DNA from: Myxococcota bacterium
Lineage (GTDB): Bacteria > Myxococcota_A > UBA796 > JAJRTE01
Direction: 5' to 3'
Assembly (NCBI GenBank): GCA_024278455.1
Contig: JAJRTE010000259.1
Location: 5,775 to 69,774 of the forward strand
Length of the DNA stretch: 64,000 bases
Part shown: piece by piece, positions 40,058 to 50,200 of the stretch
How positions within the stretch are numbered: the stretch's first letter is position 1
Layout of the letters: each line of letters begins with the position of its first letter
The notes under the pieces: generated by a model
The model's database searches: none
What the model was told of the DNA's origin: nothing
The model's input: the letters and a program-made list of their open reading frames with translations, nothing else
Position numbers and translations under genes: made by a program

Positions 40058-40420
40058 ATGACCCCTGAAAAGCTTGATTTCTTCCGTAAACTGCTACTCG
40101 AGCGGCTGGCACGGCTGCAAAGCGACGCCGAGAAGACGCTCGGCGACCTGACTCAAGAAAAGGAGAACCTGCCGGACTCGATCGACCTCGCTTCCGAGGA
40201 GTCCGAACGGGACTTCAACATTCGCATCCGGGATCGCGAGCGCCGCCTCGTCGTCAAGATCAGGGAAGCCCTTTCCCGGATCGACGATGGCACCTTCGGC
40301 ACCTGCACGGAGTGTGGCGAGGAAATCGGCGAAAAGCGTCTGATCGCTCGGCCGGTCGCGACCCATTGCATCGATTGCAAAACCGCCGCCGAACTCGTCG
40401 AACGGCAACGGGGACTGTAG
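40058..40420 (+). CDS. dksA: RNA polymerase-binding factor DksA
   Basis: DSIDLASEE coiled-coil tip, CTEC...RLIARP...CIDC zinc finger; GGAGG RBS. Confidence 0.95.
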   Translation: MTPEKLDFFRKLLLERLARLQSDAEKTLGDLTQEKENLPDSIDLASEESERDFNIRIRDRERRLVVKIREALSRIDDGTFGTCTECGEEIGEKRLIARPVATHCIDCKTAAELVERQRGL

Positions 40421-40530
40421 CCCGTGCTCGAGCGGCTGCGAGGAGGGCCATTCGCGACCGTACCGCGATATCCGTCGTTCAGGACGAACCTGGTGCTTCA
40501 TCAACACGGCTCCTCGAGGGTGGTTCTTCG

Positions 40531-41253
40531 GTGACAATCGGTTCGAAAAGGCTGCTCTTCGCGATCCTCGTGCTTCTTGCCGGCGTGAACGCCGCACTCG
40601 CCGCGTTGCTGCCCGGCCCGTTCGTTCTCCAGCAAGCAGAGCGCCAGTGGGAGGACACGAAGAGCCTGGTCGTCGATCGCGAGGTGGTGCGAGAGGACGT
40701 TGCGCAACCCTCGATGGAGCGTGTGCGGTGGCGCGGCGGCCGGATTCGGGTGGACGGCCGAAATGGTCCCTGGGTGTACTCCCTGGGACAACCGATGTCG
40801 CCCTCGGACCACCGGCCTGGAATCATCGACGCCATTTTCCTTGCCCCGCAAGGCCAGCTCGAGCGGGTCGCTCGCAGCCTGGACATCGCGTTGGACCATT
40901 CCACGCTGGACCGCGTGCCTCGATCCAGCGGACCCCTTCCCTTCGACGTGATCTACCGAATCGGCCAGCCGGCCAGGCGTGCCGCGCCCCACATCGAGAT
41001 CACCAAGGACTCCTGGACCATCCGCGCCATTCAGTTCCAGGAGCCATCCGGCAGGCACATCTGGCGCGCGGAATACGATGGCCACGGACGCTCGAGCCTC
41101 CTGCCCCCGTGGCTGCCGAGCCGCACCATGGTTTTCAGGGACGGCATTCTGTTCGAGTCGATCCGGGTGCTCCGGCAGGTGGAACTTCCTGTCCCGGCCA
41201 GCATCTTCCAGGTTTCTCCCCCACCACAGAAGTCCCCCGTCGATGTGCCATGA
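40531..41253 (+). CDS. exported hypothetical protein, possibly LolA-like fold
   Basis: Signal peptide, beta-rich body, C-terminal PASIF; overlaps the priA start. Confidence 0.55.
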   Translation: MTIGSKRLLFAILVLLAGVNAALAALLPGPFVLQQAERQWEDTKSLVVDREVVREDVAQPSMERVRWRGGRIRVDGRNGPWVYSLGQPMSPSDHRPGIIDAIFLAPQGQLERVARSLDIALDHSTLDRVPRSSGPLPFDVIYRIGQPARRAAPHIEITKDSWTIRAIQFQEPSGRHIWRAEYDGHGRSSLLPPWLPSRTMVFRDGILFESIRVLRQVELPVPASIFQVSPPPQKSPVDVP

Positions 41254-43720
41254 GGCTTCATCCTTTGCCGTGGTCGCTGTCGCGCTCCCCGTGTCGCGGA
41301 CCTATCACTACGCCATCCCGCAGCCGCTTGCGGGGCACCTCGAGATCGGCCATGCCGTTCTCATCCCGTTCGGCCCGCGGGTGGTGAGCGGAGTGGTTAT
41401 CGGTCTGACCGAGGATTGCCCCGTCCCGAAGGAGCGGGTGAAGCCCGTCAAGCAGCTCCTGACCCCGACCCCCCTGTTCTCCCCGTCCCTGATCCCGTTC
41501 TTCGAATGGACGGCCGAGTACTACCACCATCCGCTCGGGGAGGTCATCCGGACCGCGCTTCCTCCGGGTATCCTCGTCCAGAGCAGCCTGACCGTGGCAC
41601 TGACGCCGGAAGGCAAGTCTCACCTTGCACGCATCGATGATCCCGGCGACGAGATCCGCCGGTTGCTCGAGCGCGTCTGCTCCAGGCGTGCACAGAGGTG
41701 GACCAAGGCGGTCGAGGGCCTCGAGGTGGCCCGCCCGCTGGCGTTGCTCAAACAGGCCGAGGACCGAGGGTGGGTGGTCATGCGCCACGAGATCGTCCAG
41801 CGGCGGACCCGTGCGAAGCACGAACAGGTCTACCGGCCAGGCATGCCCGTGTCTCCGCGCGATGTCAAAGGTGAGATACAGCAAGCAATCATCGAGATCC
41901 TGTCCGTGATGGGAGAGACCGATCTCCCCTCTCTCAAAGAAGCCATGGCGGCTCGAGGCCATCGTACCGGGTCGTTGACCACCGCCCTGAAACGGCTCGA
42001 GGCCCGCGGGTTGGTCGAGGTGGCAACGCGGGAGGTCTGGCGCGAGGCGCCGCGCGCGTTCGCGGTCCAGGATGAAATGCTCACATTGACCGGGGAACAG
42101 TCGCAGGCGCTACAAGCGCTGCACCAGGCGCTCGAGACCGGGAACCTTTCCCCGCTGCTCCTCCATGGCGTAACCGGGAGCGGGAAGACCGAGGTGTACC
42201 TCCGAGCGGTCGATGCGATGCTCAAGAAGGGCCGTGGCGCGCTCGTGCTGGTTCCCGAGATCGCGCTGACCCCCCAACTCGTCGGCCGGTTTCGCGCCCG
42301 TTTCGGCGACCGTATCGCCTGCTTGCACAGTGGCATGAGCGCGGGGGCGAGGTTCGATGCGTGGCGGCGGCTGGCCCGATCCCGGGCAACGGTGGCGATC
42401 GGCGCGCGCTCCGCGGTATTCGCTCCACTGCCGGACCCGGGACTGATCATCGTGGACGAAGAACACGACGCCTCGTTCAAGCAGGAATTCGGCCTGCGCT
42501 ACAACGCCAGGGACCTGGCCATCGTCAGGGGGAAGCTCGCCCGGGGCCTCGTGGTCCTCGGCTCGGCCACCCCATCCCTCGAGACCATGACCAACGCCAG
42601 GCGTGGGAGGTTCGCGGCGATCCAGCTCACTTCTCGAGTCCTCCAACGTCCGATGCCGGAAGTCCGGATCATCGACATGAGGCGCCCGGAGAACCGCCCG
42701 GCCAGGGACGACTCGGAGATATCCGCGCCGCTCGAGCAGGCCTTGCGCGCCACGATCGAGGCCGGGGAGCAAGCGATATTGTTGCTCAATCGAAGGGGAT
42801 TCGCTCCGTTCGTCCTGTGCACCCGGTGTGGTGGTTCGTTTCGGTGCACGCGGTGCGACGTATCGCTGACCTATCATCGCCGGCGCAACGTGCTGCTGTG
42901 TCACTACTGCGGCCTGACGGTGCCGCTCGGAAAGCAGTGCCCCCATTGCGGTCATCCCGGACTGACGCTGCTCGGCCACGGCACGGAGCGGCTCGAGCGC
43001 GTTCTGGAGGACTTTTTCCCCGGCACACCGGTCGGGCGACTGGACCGGGACACGACTGCCAGCCGCGGTGCCCATATCCGTATCCTGGACGCATTCCGCA
43101 GGCGGGAACTTCAGATCCTGGTGGGAACACAGATGGTGGTGAAGGGGCACGACTTCCCCGGTGTCACGCTGGTGGGGATACTCCAGGCGGACTACGCGCT
43201 GAATCTCCCTGACTTCAGGGCGGCGGAAAGGACGTTCCAGCTCATCACCCAGGTGTCTGGCCGAGCCGGCAGAGGTGCGCGGCCCGGCAAGGTCCTGGTT
43301 CAGACCCACGCGCCCAACCATCCCACCGTTCAATTGGCGGCCCAGCACGACTTCGACGGCTTTTACCGCCGCGAGATGCGCGTCCGGAAAGCCTACAGTT
43401 ATCCACCCTATTCGCGCCTGGCCCTCTTCCAGGTCTCGGCAAAGGAAGAGGCCATCGCCGCTGGATTCGCCGGCGACGTGGCCGGCGTCTTGCGGCGGAC
43501 TTGCGCCGGTCTGCCGTCACACAGACTGCTCGTCCTCGGACCAGCACCTGCGGCGCTGGGCAGGCTGAAACAGTGGTACCGCTGGCAGGTCCTGGTCAAG
43601 GCTGGCACGCCACGAGCACTGCACACGATGGTCTCACGTTTCCTCGAAGACATGGAGCAGCGGCCCGGGCGCATGGACGTGCGGCTGGCCATCGACATCG
43701 ATCCTCAGAATCTCCTGTAG
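41243..43720 (+). CDS. priA: primosomal protein N'
   Basis: GVTGSGKTEVY, DEEHD, NRRGF, four CxxC pairs, KGHDFP, QVSGRAGR, DIDP. Confidence 0.98.
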   Translation: MCHEASSFAVVAVALPVSRTYHYAIPQPLAGHLEIGHAVLIPFGPRVVSGVVIGLTEDCPVPKERVKPVKQLLTPTPLFSPSLIPFFEWTAEYYHHPLGEVIRTALPPGILVQSSLTVALTPEGKSHLARIDDPGDEIRRLLERVCSRRAQRWTKAVEGLEVARPLALLKQAEDRGWVVMRHEIVQRRTRAKHEQVYRPGMPVSPRDVKGEIQQAIIEILSVMGETDLPSLKEAMAARGHRTGSLTTALKRLEARGLVEVATREVWREAPRAFAVQDEMLTLTGEQSQALQALHQALETGNLSPLLLHGVTGSGKTEVYLRAVDAMLKKGRGALVLVPEIALTPQLVGRFRARFGDRIACLHSGMSAGARFDAWRRLARSRATVAIGARSAVFAPLPDPGLIIVDEEHDASFKQEFGLRYNARDLAIVRGKLARGLVVLGSATPSLETMTNARRGRFAAIQLTSRVLQRPMPEVRIIDMRRPENRPARDDSEISAPLEQALRATIEAGEQAILLLNRRGFAPFVLCTRCGGSFRCTRCDVSLTYHRRRNVLLCHYCGLTVPLGKQCPHCGHPGLTLLGHGTERLERVLEDFFPGTPVGRLDRDTTASRGAHIRILDAFRRRELQILVGTQMVVKGHDFPGVTLVGILQADYALNLPDFRAAERTFQLITQVSGRAGRGARPGKVLVQTHAPNHPTVQLAAQHDFDGFYRREMRVRKAYSYPPYSRLALFQVSAKEEAIAAGFAGDVAGVLRRTCAGLPSHRLLVLGPAPAALGRLKQWYRWQVLVKAGTPRALHTMVSRFLEDMEQRPGRMDVRLAIDIDPQNLL

Positions 43721-44006
43721 GTGCACCCTGTTGCCCCTCGCGAGCCCAAGGGCGCCAAGGAGAGCGTATCGTCTCACCTTGGACGGCGCGCATCCCAAGA
43801 CACGGGGAGCCCGCGGTCATGACCGCGGGCGGCGTGGGAACCTGATTGGACGGTGTCGACGGACGCCCGGGCGGACGACCGGCCGTCATGCATCGTTCGA
43901 GGGTGGGCAGCGGGGACGGGTTGCTGGCTGCGGACAGGCTTCACGGCCTGAAGAAGCGCGACGGGAAGGCAACCACGCTCGCCGCGGACGTGGTACGACG
44001 AAACCG

Positions 44007-46538
44007 CTAGCGGACCCAAAGCTCGAATCGGTAGAGCTGTGAATAGTCTCCGTGACTGCCGTCCCAGTGAAACGAACGAATGTGGAAGGTATCGATCTGG
44101 GTGGCGGCGGGGGTGGTCCAGGTTGCGTTCCAGTTCAGGTTGCCGGCGCTCTGGTTGGGGCACGTGTATCCAGGCAGGTAGGACAACTCGAGACTGCTGT
44201 ACCCTGCCGAGTTGATATAGTTATTGCAGACGATATTGGTGGGCTGATCTCCGGACTGGATGTAGAAGAACGTCGCCGATTCTTCCATGGAATAGCCGTA
44301 GTAGTGCAGTATGAGGCGGGTTTCTCCGCCGTTTGGGACCTCGATCGGGCGCGCGTAGGCCATGACATCCGCGTTCGAGTTCATGTCCGACCACTGGATG
44401 TACGAGGTGCCCTCGATCCACTCACTCATGTTGTTGTACTGCAGGGTCATCAGCGTCTCGAAGTCCGCCAGGGTATCGCCGTCGTTCTCCCGGTCCCAGC
44501 GAGCGACCCGGGTCCAGCCTCCTCCGTCGGTCACCATGTCACAGAGGTAGGCCACCGGGGCGCCGTCGGTCTCGGGATCGAGCCAGTAGAGGCCGTCGGT
44601 TGCGTCTGGCCGTGCGGCAAGAATGGATGCACAGCTCGAGCCTGCGCACAGGGGGTCGTCGCCCAGGAGGCCGGCGTCGACCTCGCCGTCGCAGTCGTTG
44701 TCTGCTCCGTCGCAGAGTTCCTCCGCACCCGGATAGATGGCGGGATCGTCGTCGTCGCAATCACCATCGGCTTGGGCGTAGCCGTCCGGAAGGAGGCAGG
44801 CATCGAGGGTGTCGCCGGTCAGGCCGAAGCCGTCATTGTCGTTGTCGGCGTACCATGTTGGAGCGTCTGCGGCATCCTCGTCGATGGTTCCGTCGCAGTT
44901 GTCGTCGAGGCCGTTGCATGCCTCGAGTGCTCCTGGAAAGACCGAGGCCCGGGTGTCGTCGCAGTCGTCGCCGTTCGCCTGGTAGCCGGCCGGCATGTCG
45001 CAAGCGATCTTGGTTGTGTCGGGGTCGCCGTACTGATCCTGATCGTCGTCGGCATACCAGGTCGGCGCATCGGTTGGATCTTCATCGGCCTCGCCGTCAC
45101 AGTCATCATCGACGTCGTTGCACACCTCCGGGGCCCCGGGAGCAACTGATGGGTTGGTGTCGTCGCAGTCGTCTGGGGTGACAGCGTAGCCCGGGGGCTG
45201 TTCGCAGGCCTCGACCGTGCCGGTATCCCCGCCGTGGCCGTCCCCGTCGGCGTCGATGTACCAGGTGGGCCAGTCGGCGGCGCTGTCGTCCGCGACGCCG
45301 TTGCAGTCATTGTCCAATCCATCGCAGCGTTCCGTGGCGCCAGGGTAGGAACCAGGGTCCAGGTCGTTGCAATCGGTGGCTTCGGCGACGTAGCCGGGCG
45401 GGGCGTCGCAGGCAGTGGACGAGAACGTGTCGTTGCCAAAGCCGTCTGCGTCCCCATCAACGTACCAGGTGGGCGCGTCGACCGGGTCGTCGTCGAGTTT
45501 CCCGTTGCAATCGTCATCCACGCCGTTGCAGGTCTCAGCGGCGCCCGGATGGACGCCGGCGTTGGTGTCGTCGCAGTCGGTCCCGTCGGCCACGTAGCCT
45601 TCGGGGGGCGAGCAGGCCATCTGCAAGTCCTCGAGGTTACCGTAGCCGTCCCCGTCCACGTCGGCGTAGACGGGTTGAGCGCCGAATGCGTCGGAGCCAT
45701 CGACCTGGCCGTCGCAGTCGTCGTCGAGGCCGTTGCAGACCTCGTTCTGCCCCGCGTGTACGGCCCCGTTGTTGTCGTCGCAGTCGTTGCAGGCGGGATA
45801 GCCGTCGCCGTCCGCATCTTCGTAGGACACGCTCCCGTCGCAATTGTAGTCGTTCGGGTCGGTGCAGTCGTCCTCGGTCGCGCCGGGGTGGTAGCGGTCG
45901 TCGGCGTCGTTGCAGTCGGCGTTGTCCGCGACAAATCCCTCGGGCTGGGTGCAGGAGGTCGTCGCCTCGACCGGGTTGCCATGGCCGTCGCCGTCCCGGT
46001 CCCCGTACCAGGTGGGCGCATCGACAGCGTTGTCGTCCGCGGTGCCGTCACAATCCTCGTCACGCCCGTCGCATGTCTCATTCGCGTTGGGGTGGACGTC
46101 GGGAGCCGTGTCGTCGCAGTCCACGTCCACGTCGAATCCATCGTGGTCTGCGTCGGTGATTTCCAGCCCATCACAGTCCTGGTCGATGCCATCGTAGGGG
46201 ATCTCCTCTGCCCCGGGGTAGGCGGCAGGGTTGTTGTCGTCGCAGTCCCCATCCTGGACGCTGTAGCCGTCGTGGTCGCTGTCCAAGGGGGGGGTAGGCG
46301 TCACCGGAGGGGTGGGGGCGGGCGTCGATGTTGGCGTGGGCATCGCCGTGGTCCCCGGCGTGGTCACAGGCGTCAGTTCGACCACCGGTGTGACCGGAAC
46401 CTCGGTGGGGGTCTCTCCCTCCGGGGAAGGCACGACGGAATGGCTCGAGTCGTCGTCTGTACTGGCGTCGGGACAGGCGACAAGGATGACGCTCAGGATC
46501 ATGGTCCACGACCGAAGGCGGCTTGCGTAGCGTATCAT
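44007..46538 (-). CDS. surface lipoprotein: 9 MopE-like Cys/Asp repeats plus fibrinogen-like (CDxxxxGGGW) C-terminal domain
   Basis: LVAC lipobox, PT linker, DCDD..PGA.E.C.G.D.DCDG repeats, SC...DGLYW...LCDMVTDGGGW. Confidence 0.88.
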   Translation of the reverse strand: MIRYASRLRSWTMILSVILVACPDASTDDDSSHSVVPSPEGETPTEVPVTPVVELTPVTTPGTTAMPTPTSTPAPTPPVTPTPPLDSDHDGYSVQDGDCDDNNPAAYPGAEEIPYDGIDQDCDGLEITDADHDGFDVDVDCDDTAPDVHPNANETCDGRDEDCDGTADDNAVDAPTWYGDRDGDGHGNPVEATTSCTQPEGFVADNADCNDADDRYHPGATEDDCTDPNDYNCDGSVSYEDADGDGYPACNDCDDNNGAVHAGQNEVCNGLDDDCDGQVDGSDAFGAQPVYADVDGDGYGNLEDLQMACSPPEGYVADGTDCDDTNAGVHPGAAETCNGVDDDCNGKLDDDPVDAPTWYVDGDADGFGNDTFSSTACDAPPGYVAEATDCNDLDPGSYPGATERCDGLDNDCNGVADDSAADWPTWYIDADGDGHGGDTGTVEACEQPPGYAVTPDDCDDTNPSVAPGAPEVCNDVDDDCDGEADEDPTDAPTWYADDDQDQYGDPDTTKIACDMPAGYQANGDDCDDTRASVFPGALEACNGLDDNCDGTIDEDAADAPTWYADNDNDGFGLTGDTLDACLLPDGYAQADGDCDDDDPAIYPGAEELCDGADNDCDGEVDAGLLGDDPLCAGSSCASILAARPDATDGLYWLDPETDGAPVAYLCDMVTDGGGWTRVARWDRENDGDTLADFETLMTLQYNNMSEWIEGTSYIQWSDMNSNADVMAYARPIEVPNGGETRLILHYYGYSMEESATFFYIQSGDQPTNIVCNNYINSAGYSSLELSYLPGYTCPNQSAGNLNWNATWTTPAATQIDTFHIRSFHWDGSHGDYSQLYRFELWVR

Positions 46539-46680
46539 TCTGCCTCCACATCTGCGTTGCCCACGCCTGCTCCTGGGCTGTTGATGATCACATTCTACCA
46601 TCGAAAGTGGCCGTCCTCCAGCACCGCCATGGGGGCGGGCCCTTGCCATGTGTTCCGCTGTGCAGGCCGCAGGCCAGCCG

Positions 46681-47100
46681 CTCGTCCCCCTCCCCCTACT
46701 CATGCTCGTACTCGTGCTCGTCCCCCTACTCATACTCGTGCTCGTGCTCGTACTCGTGCTCGTGCTCGTCCCCCTCCCCCTACTCGTGCTCGTGCTCGTG
46801 CTCGTACTCGTGCTCGTGCTCGTCCCCCTCCCCCTACTCGTGCTCGTGCTCGTGCTCGTACTCATGCTCGTACTCGTGCTCGTGCTCGTCCCCCTCCCCC
46901 TACTCATGCTCGTCCCCCTTCCCCTACTCATGCTCGTACTCGTGCTCGTACTCGTGCTCGTCCCTCTCCCCCTACTCGTGCTCGTGCTCGTGCTCGTACT
47001 CGTGCTCGTGCTCGTCCCCCTCCCCCTACTCATGCTCGTGCTCGTGCTCGTCCCCCTTCCCCTACTCGTGCTCGTCCCCCTCTCCCTACTCGTGCTCGTA
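46681..47100. repeat. 420-bp compound hexamer repeat (CTCGTG/CTCGTA/CTCATG with about 10 CTCGTCCCCCTCCCCCTA blocks)
   Basis: Directly visible 6-bp periodicity in the intergenic space. Confidence 0.97.
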
Positions 47101-47203
47101 TTCACAGACGTTTTGAGGACACGAGTTTTCGTTGCCCGTCGCGGGTTGGTCCGTGCAGAGGGGCCTGGGCATGCGTGCCCGGGGGGAGCGTGCCTGGAAG
47201 GAA

Positions 47204-50200
47204 TCAGCCGCGGAGCCGGCGGCGGGTCAAGATCAAGCCCACGCCCGAGAACGCCCAGAACAGGGTGCCCAGGGGCACGTCAGATCGGGACGAATCGCTG
47301 TTGCACGTACACCCGTCCGTGTCGTCTCCTGGCGCGGGCGTTGGACTCACGTTGTCATCGGGCGGGGGCTGGTCCGACGGCGAATCGTCGTCGCCACTGG
47401 TCGCGTCATCATCACCTGTTGCGTCGTCATCGCCAATGATGGGCGTGGGTGTCTCGAAGGGCAGCGGCGTGATCGTGGGTCCAGGGGTCTCGATCACTTC
47501 GACGGGCTCCGTCCCGGTGCCCTCGAGGTCGATGGTCAACGCCGGGCTGTCCGGGTCGTCCGTCTCGACGGTGGCGGTGGTGGTGGCAGCGCCAACCGCG
47601 TCGGGCGCGAAGACGAACCACAGGGTGTAGTTGCCGCCGACCGGGATCAGGATACCCCCGCTGGAGAGGACCTGGAACACGCCCGAAGTGTCGGTCACGT
47701 TGACGCTGATGACCGCCAGGGTATCGGTTCCCTGGTTGGCGAGGGTGACGGAGCAATTCTTCATGGAGCCGACCGGGACCTCCCCGAAGGAGATGGCCGA
47801 GGCGGAGAGTTGGGCGTCGGGCTCGAGGCCGCCTTCACCGGTTTCGTCCACGAGGCCGTTGCAGTTGTCATCGACATCGTTGTCTGGGTACTCGGTGGCC
47901 CCGGGATGGACATAGGGGTTGGAGTCGTCGCAGTCCCCGCGTTCCTCTGAGTAGCCGTCTCCATCATCGTCGCCGGCACTGGTGCCTTCGTCGATCAAGC
48001 CGTCCCCGTCGTTGTCGACGCCGTCGGGGATCTCCTCGGCGCCGGGATAGGTGTTGGGGTTGGTGTCGTCCGGGTCGCCGTCGGCCTCGGAATAGCCGTC
48101 GCCGTCGTCGTCGGTGTCGTCGATGCCCTCGTCGACCTCACCGTCGCAGTCGTTGTCCTCTCCGTCCATGAACTCGGGTGCGTCCGGATAGATGTAGGGG
48201 TTGGAGTCGTTGCAGTCGCCATCGGTTTCGGTGTAGCCGTCGCCGTCGTCGTCCACGGCATCGGTACCCTCGTCGATGTGGCCGTCGCAATCGTTGTCGG
48301 CGCCGTCGGCGACTTCGGTCGCGCCGGGGTTGACATCGGGGTTGGCGTCGTCGCAGTCTCCGTCGATTTCGGAGTAGCCGTCTCCGTCGTTGTCGGTGGT
48401 GTCCACGTCTTCGTCGACGTCGCCGTCGCAGTCGTTGTCCAGGCCGTCCTCGATCTCGTCCGCGTCCGGGTGGACGTTGGCGTTGCTGTCGTCGCAGTCG
48501 CCCTCGAGTTCGTTGTACCCATCACCATCGTCGTCGTAGTATTCGGTCCCTTCGTCGACGAGGCCGTCTCCGTCGTTGTCGAGGCCGTCCGGGGCTTCGG
48601 GCGCACCGGGGAAGACGCTCCCGTGGTTGTCGTCGATGTCGGTGCAGTTGAGGGTCATGCCGTCCGGGGCGGAGCAGGCCGGTGTGGCGGTTGCGGGGTC
48701 ACCGTAGCCATCTCCGTCGGCGTCCTGGCAATAGGTTCGCTGAACGCCTTCGTCGATCTCGCCGTCGCAGTCGTTGTCGACGCCGTCGCACGACTCGGGG
48801 GCGCCGGGGAAGTTGTCCGGGTTCCCGTCGTCGCAGTCGGCGGGGATATCGTTCACGTCGCAGGTGAAGAACCCGTCCCCGTCCATGTCGAAGCCCTCGT
48901 CGACCTCGCCGTCGCAATCGTTGTCGAGGCCATCGCAGAGTTCGGTTGCGCCGGGGAACACGGTGGCGTTGGTGTCGTCGCAGTCGGGCGGGTCGTCGCA
49001 GCCGGTGGAACCGTCCCCATCCTCGTCGGTGGTTTCGTCGACCGCGCCGTCGCAATCGTTGTCCTTGCCGTCGCAGTACTCGATGGCGCCCGGGTAGACC
49101 TCCCGGTCGCTGTCGTCGCAGTCCGGGGCGAGCCCTTCGACGGAGCAGGTGAGCGAGCCGTCGCCGTCCATGTCGAAGCCCTCGTCGGAGGCGTCGTCGC
49201 AGTCGTTGTCGCGGCCGTCGCAGACCTCCTCGGCCTCCGGGTTGACGGAAGTGCGTGTGTCGTCGCAGTCGCCCGGGGTTTCCGAATAGCCGGCCGGCAA
49301 GCCGCCGCAAGTGGTCTCGGTGGCGTCGGTCTGGCCGAAACCGTCTCCGTCGTCGTCCTGGTAGTAGGTGACCATCTCGAGGCCTTCGTCGACGGAGCCG
49401 TCGCAATCGTCGTCGATGTCGTTGCAGGTCTCGGTGGCCCCGGGGTGGACGTTCGCGTCGAGGTCGTCGCAGTCGGAGTCGTCGAGGACGTGGCTGGCCG
49501 GCGGTTCGCATGCCGAGTTGGGGCTTGAGGGGTCACCGTAGCCATCGCTGTCCACGTCCTTGTAGTAGGTCTGGGCCAGGTTCTCATCCACGACGCTGTC
49601 GCAATCATTGTCGACGTCGTCGCAGACCTCGGTGGCGTCCGGGTTGATATCGCCTCGAGTATCGTCGCAGTCGTTGGGTGTGGCCGTGTAGCCGCTGGGC
49701 GCCGAACAGGCCACCTGGGTGACGCTGTTGTTGCCGTAGCCGTCCTGGTCGGCGTCCTGGTAGTAGGTGGAAGCGAGCCCTTCGTCCACGGCGCCGTCGC
49801 AATCGTTGTCGATGTCGTCGCAGGCCTCTTCTGCACCGGGGTGGATGTCGGATACCGCGTCGTTACAGTCGCCGGCGGTCTCGACGTAGCCGGACGGCGT
49901 GTCACAGGACAGCTTCGTGCGGTCCGGATCGCCGTAGCCATCGCCATCGGCGTCGGCATAGTAGGTGGAAGCCGACCCTTCGTCCACGACGCCGTCGCAG
50001 TCATCGTCGATGCCGTTGCATGTCTCCGGTGCGCCTGGATTGACGTTGGGGTCGGTCTCGTCGCAGTCTCCTCCGACCTCCGAGGTCCCGTCGGGCTGCG
50101 TGCACCCCTGCTGGGTGAGTTGGGAGTCGCCGAAGCCGTCGCCGTCGGCGTCGACGAACCAGGAGGATGCGAGGCCTTCGTCCACCTGGCCGTTGCAGTT

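Noticed and set aside
46539-47439. Ser/Thr-, Leu/Val- or Ser/Cys-repeat proteins across the hexamer array
   Set aside because: All frames are open only because of the 6-bp periodicity; the real gene starts at its signal peptide (46538)
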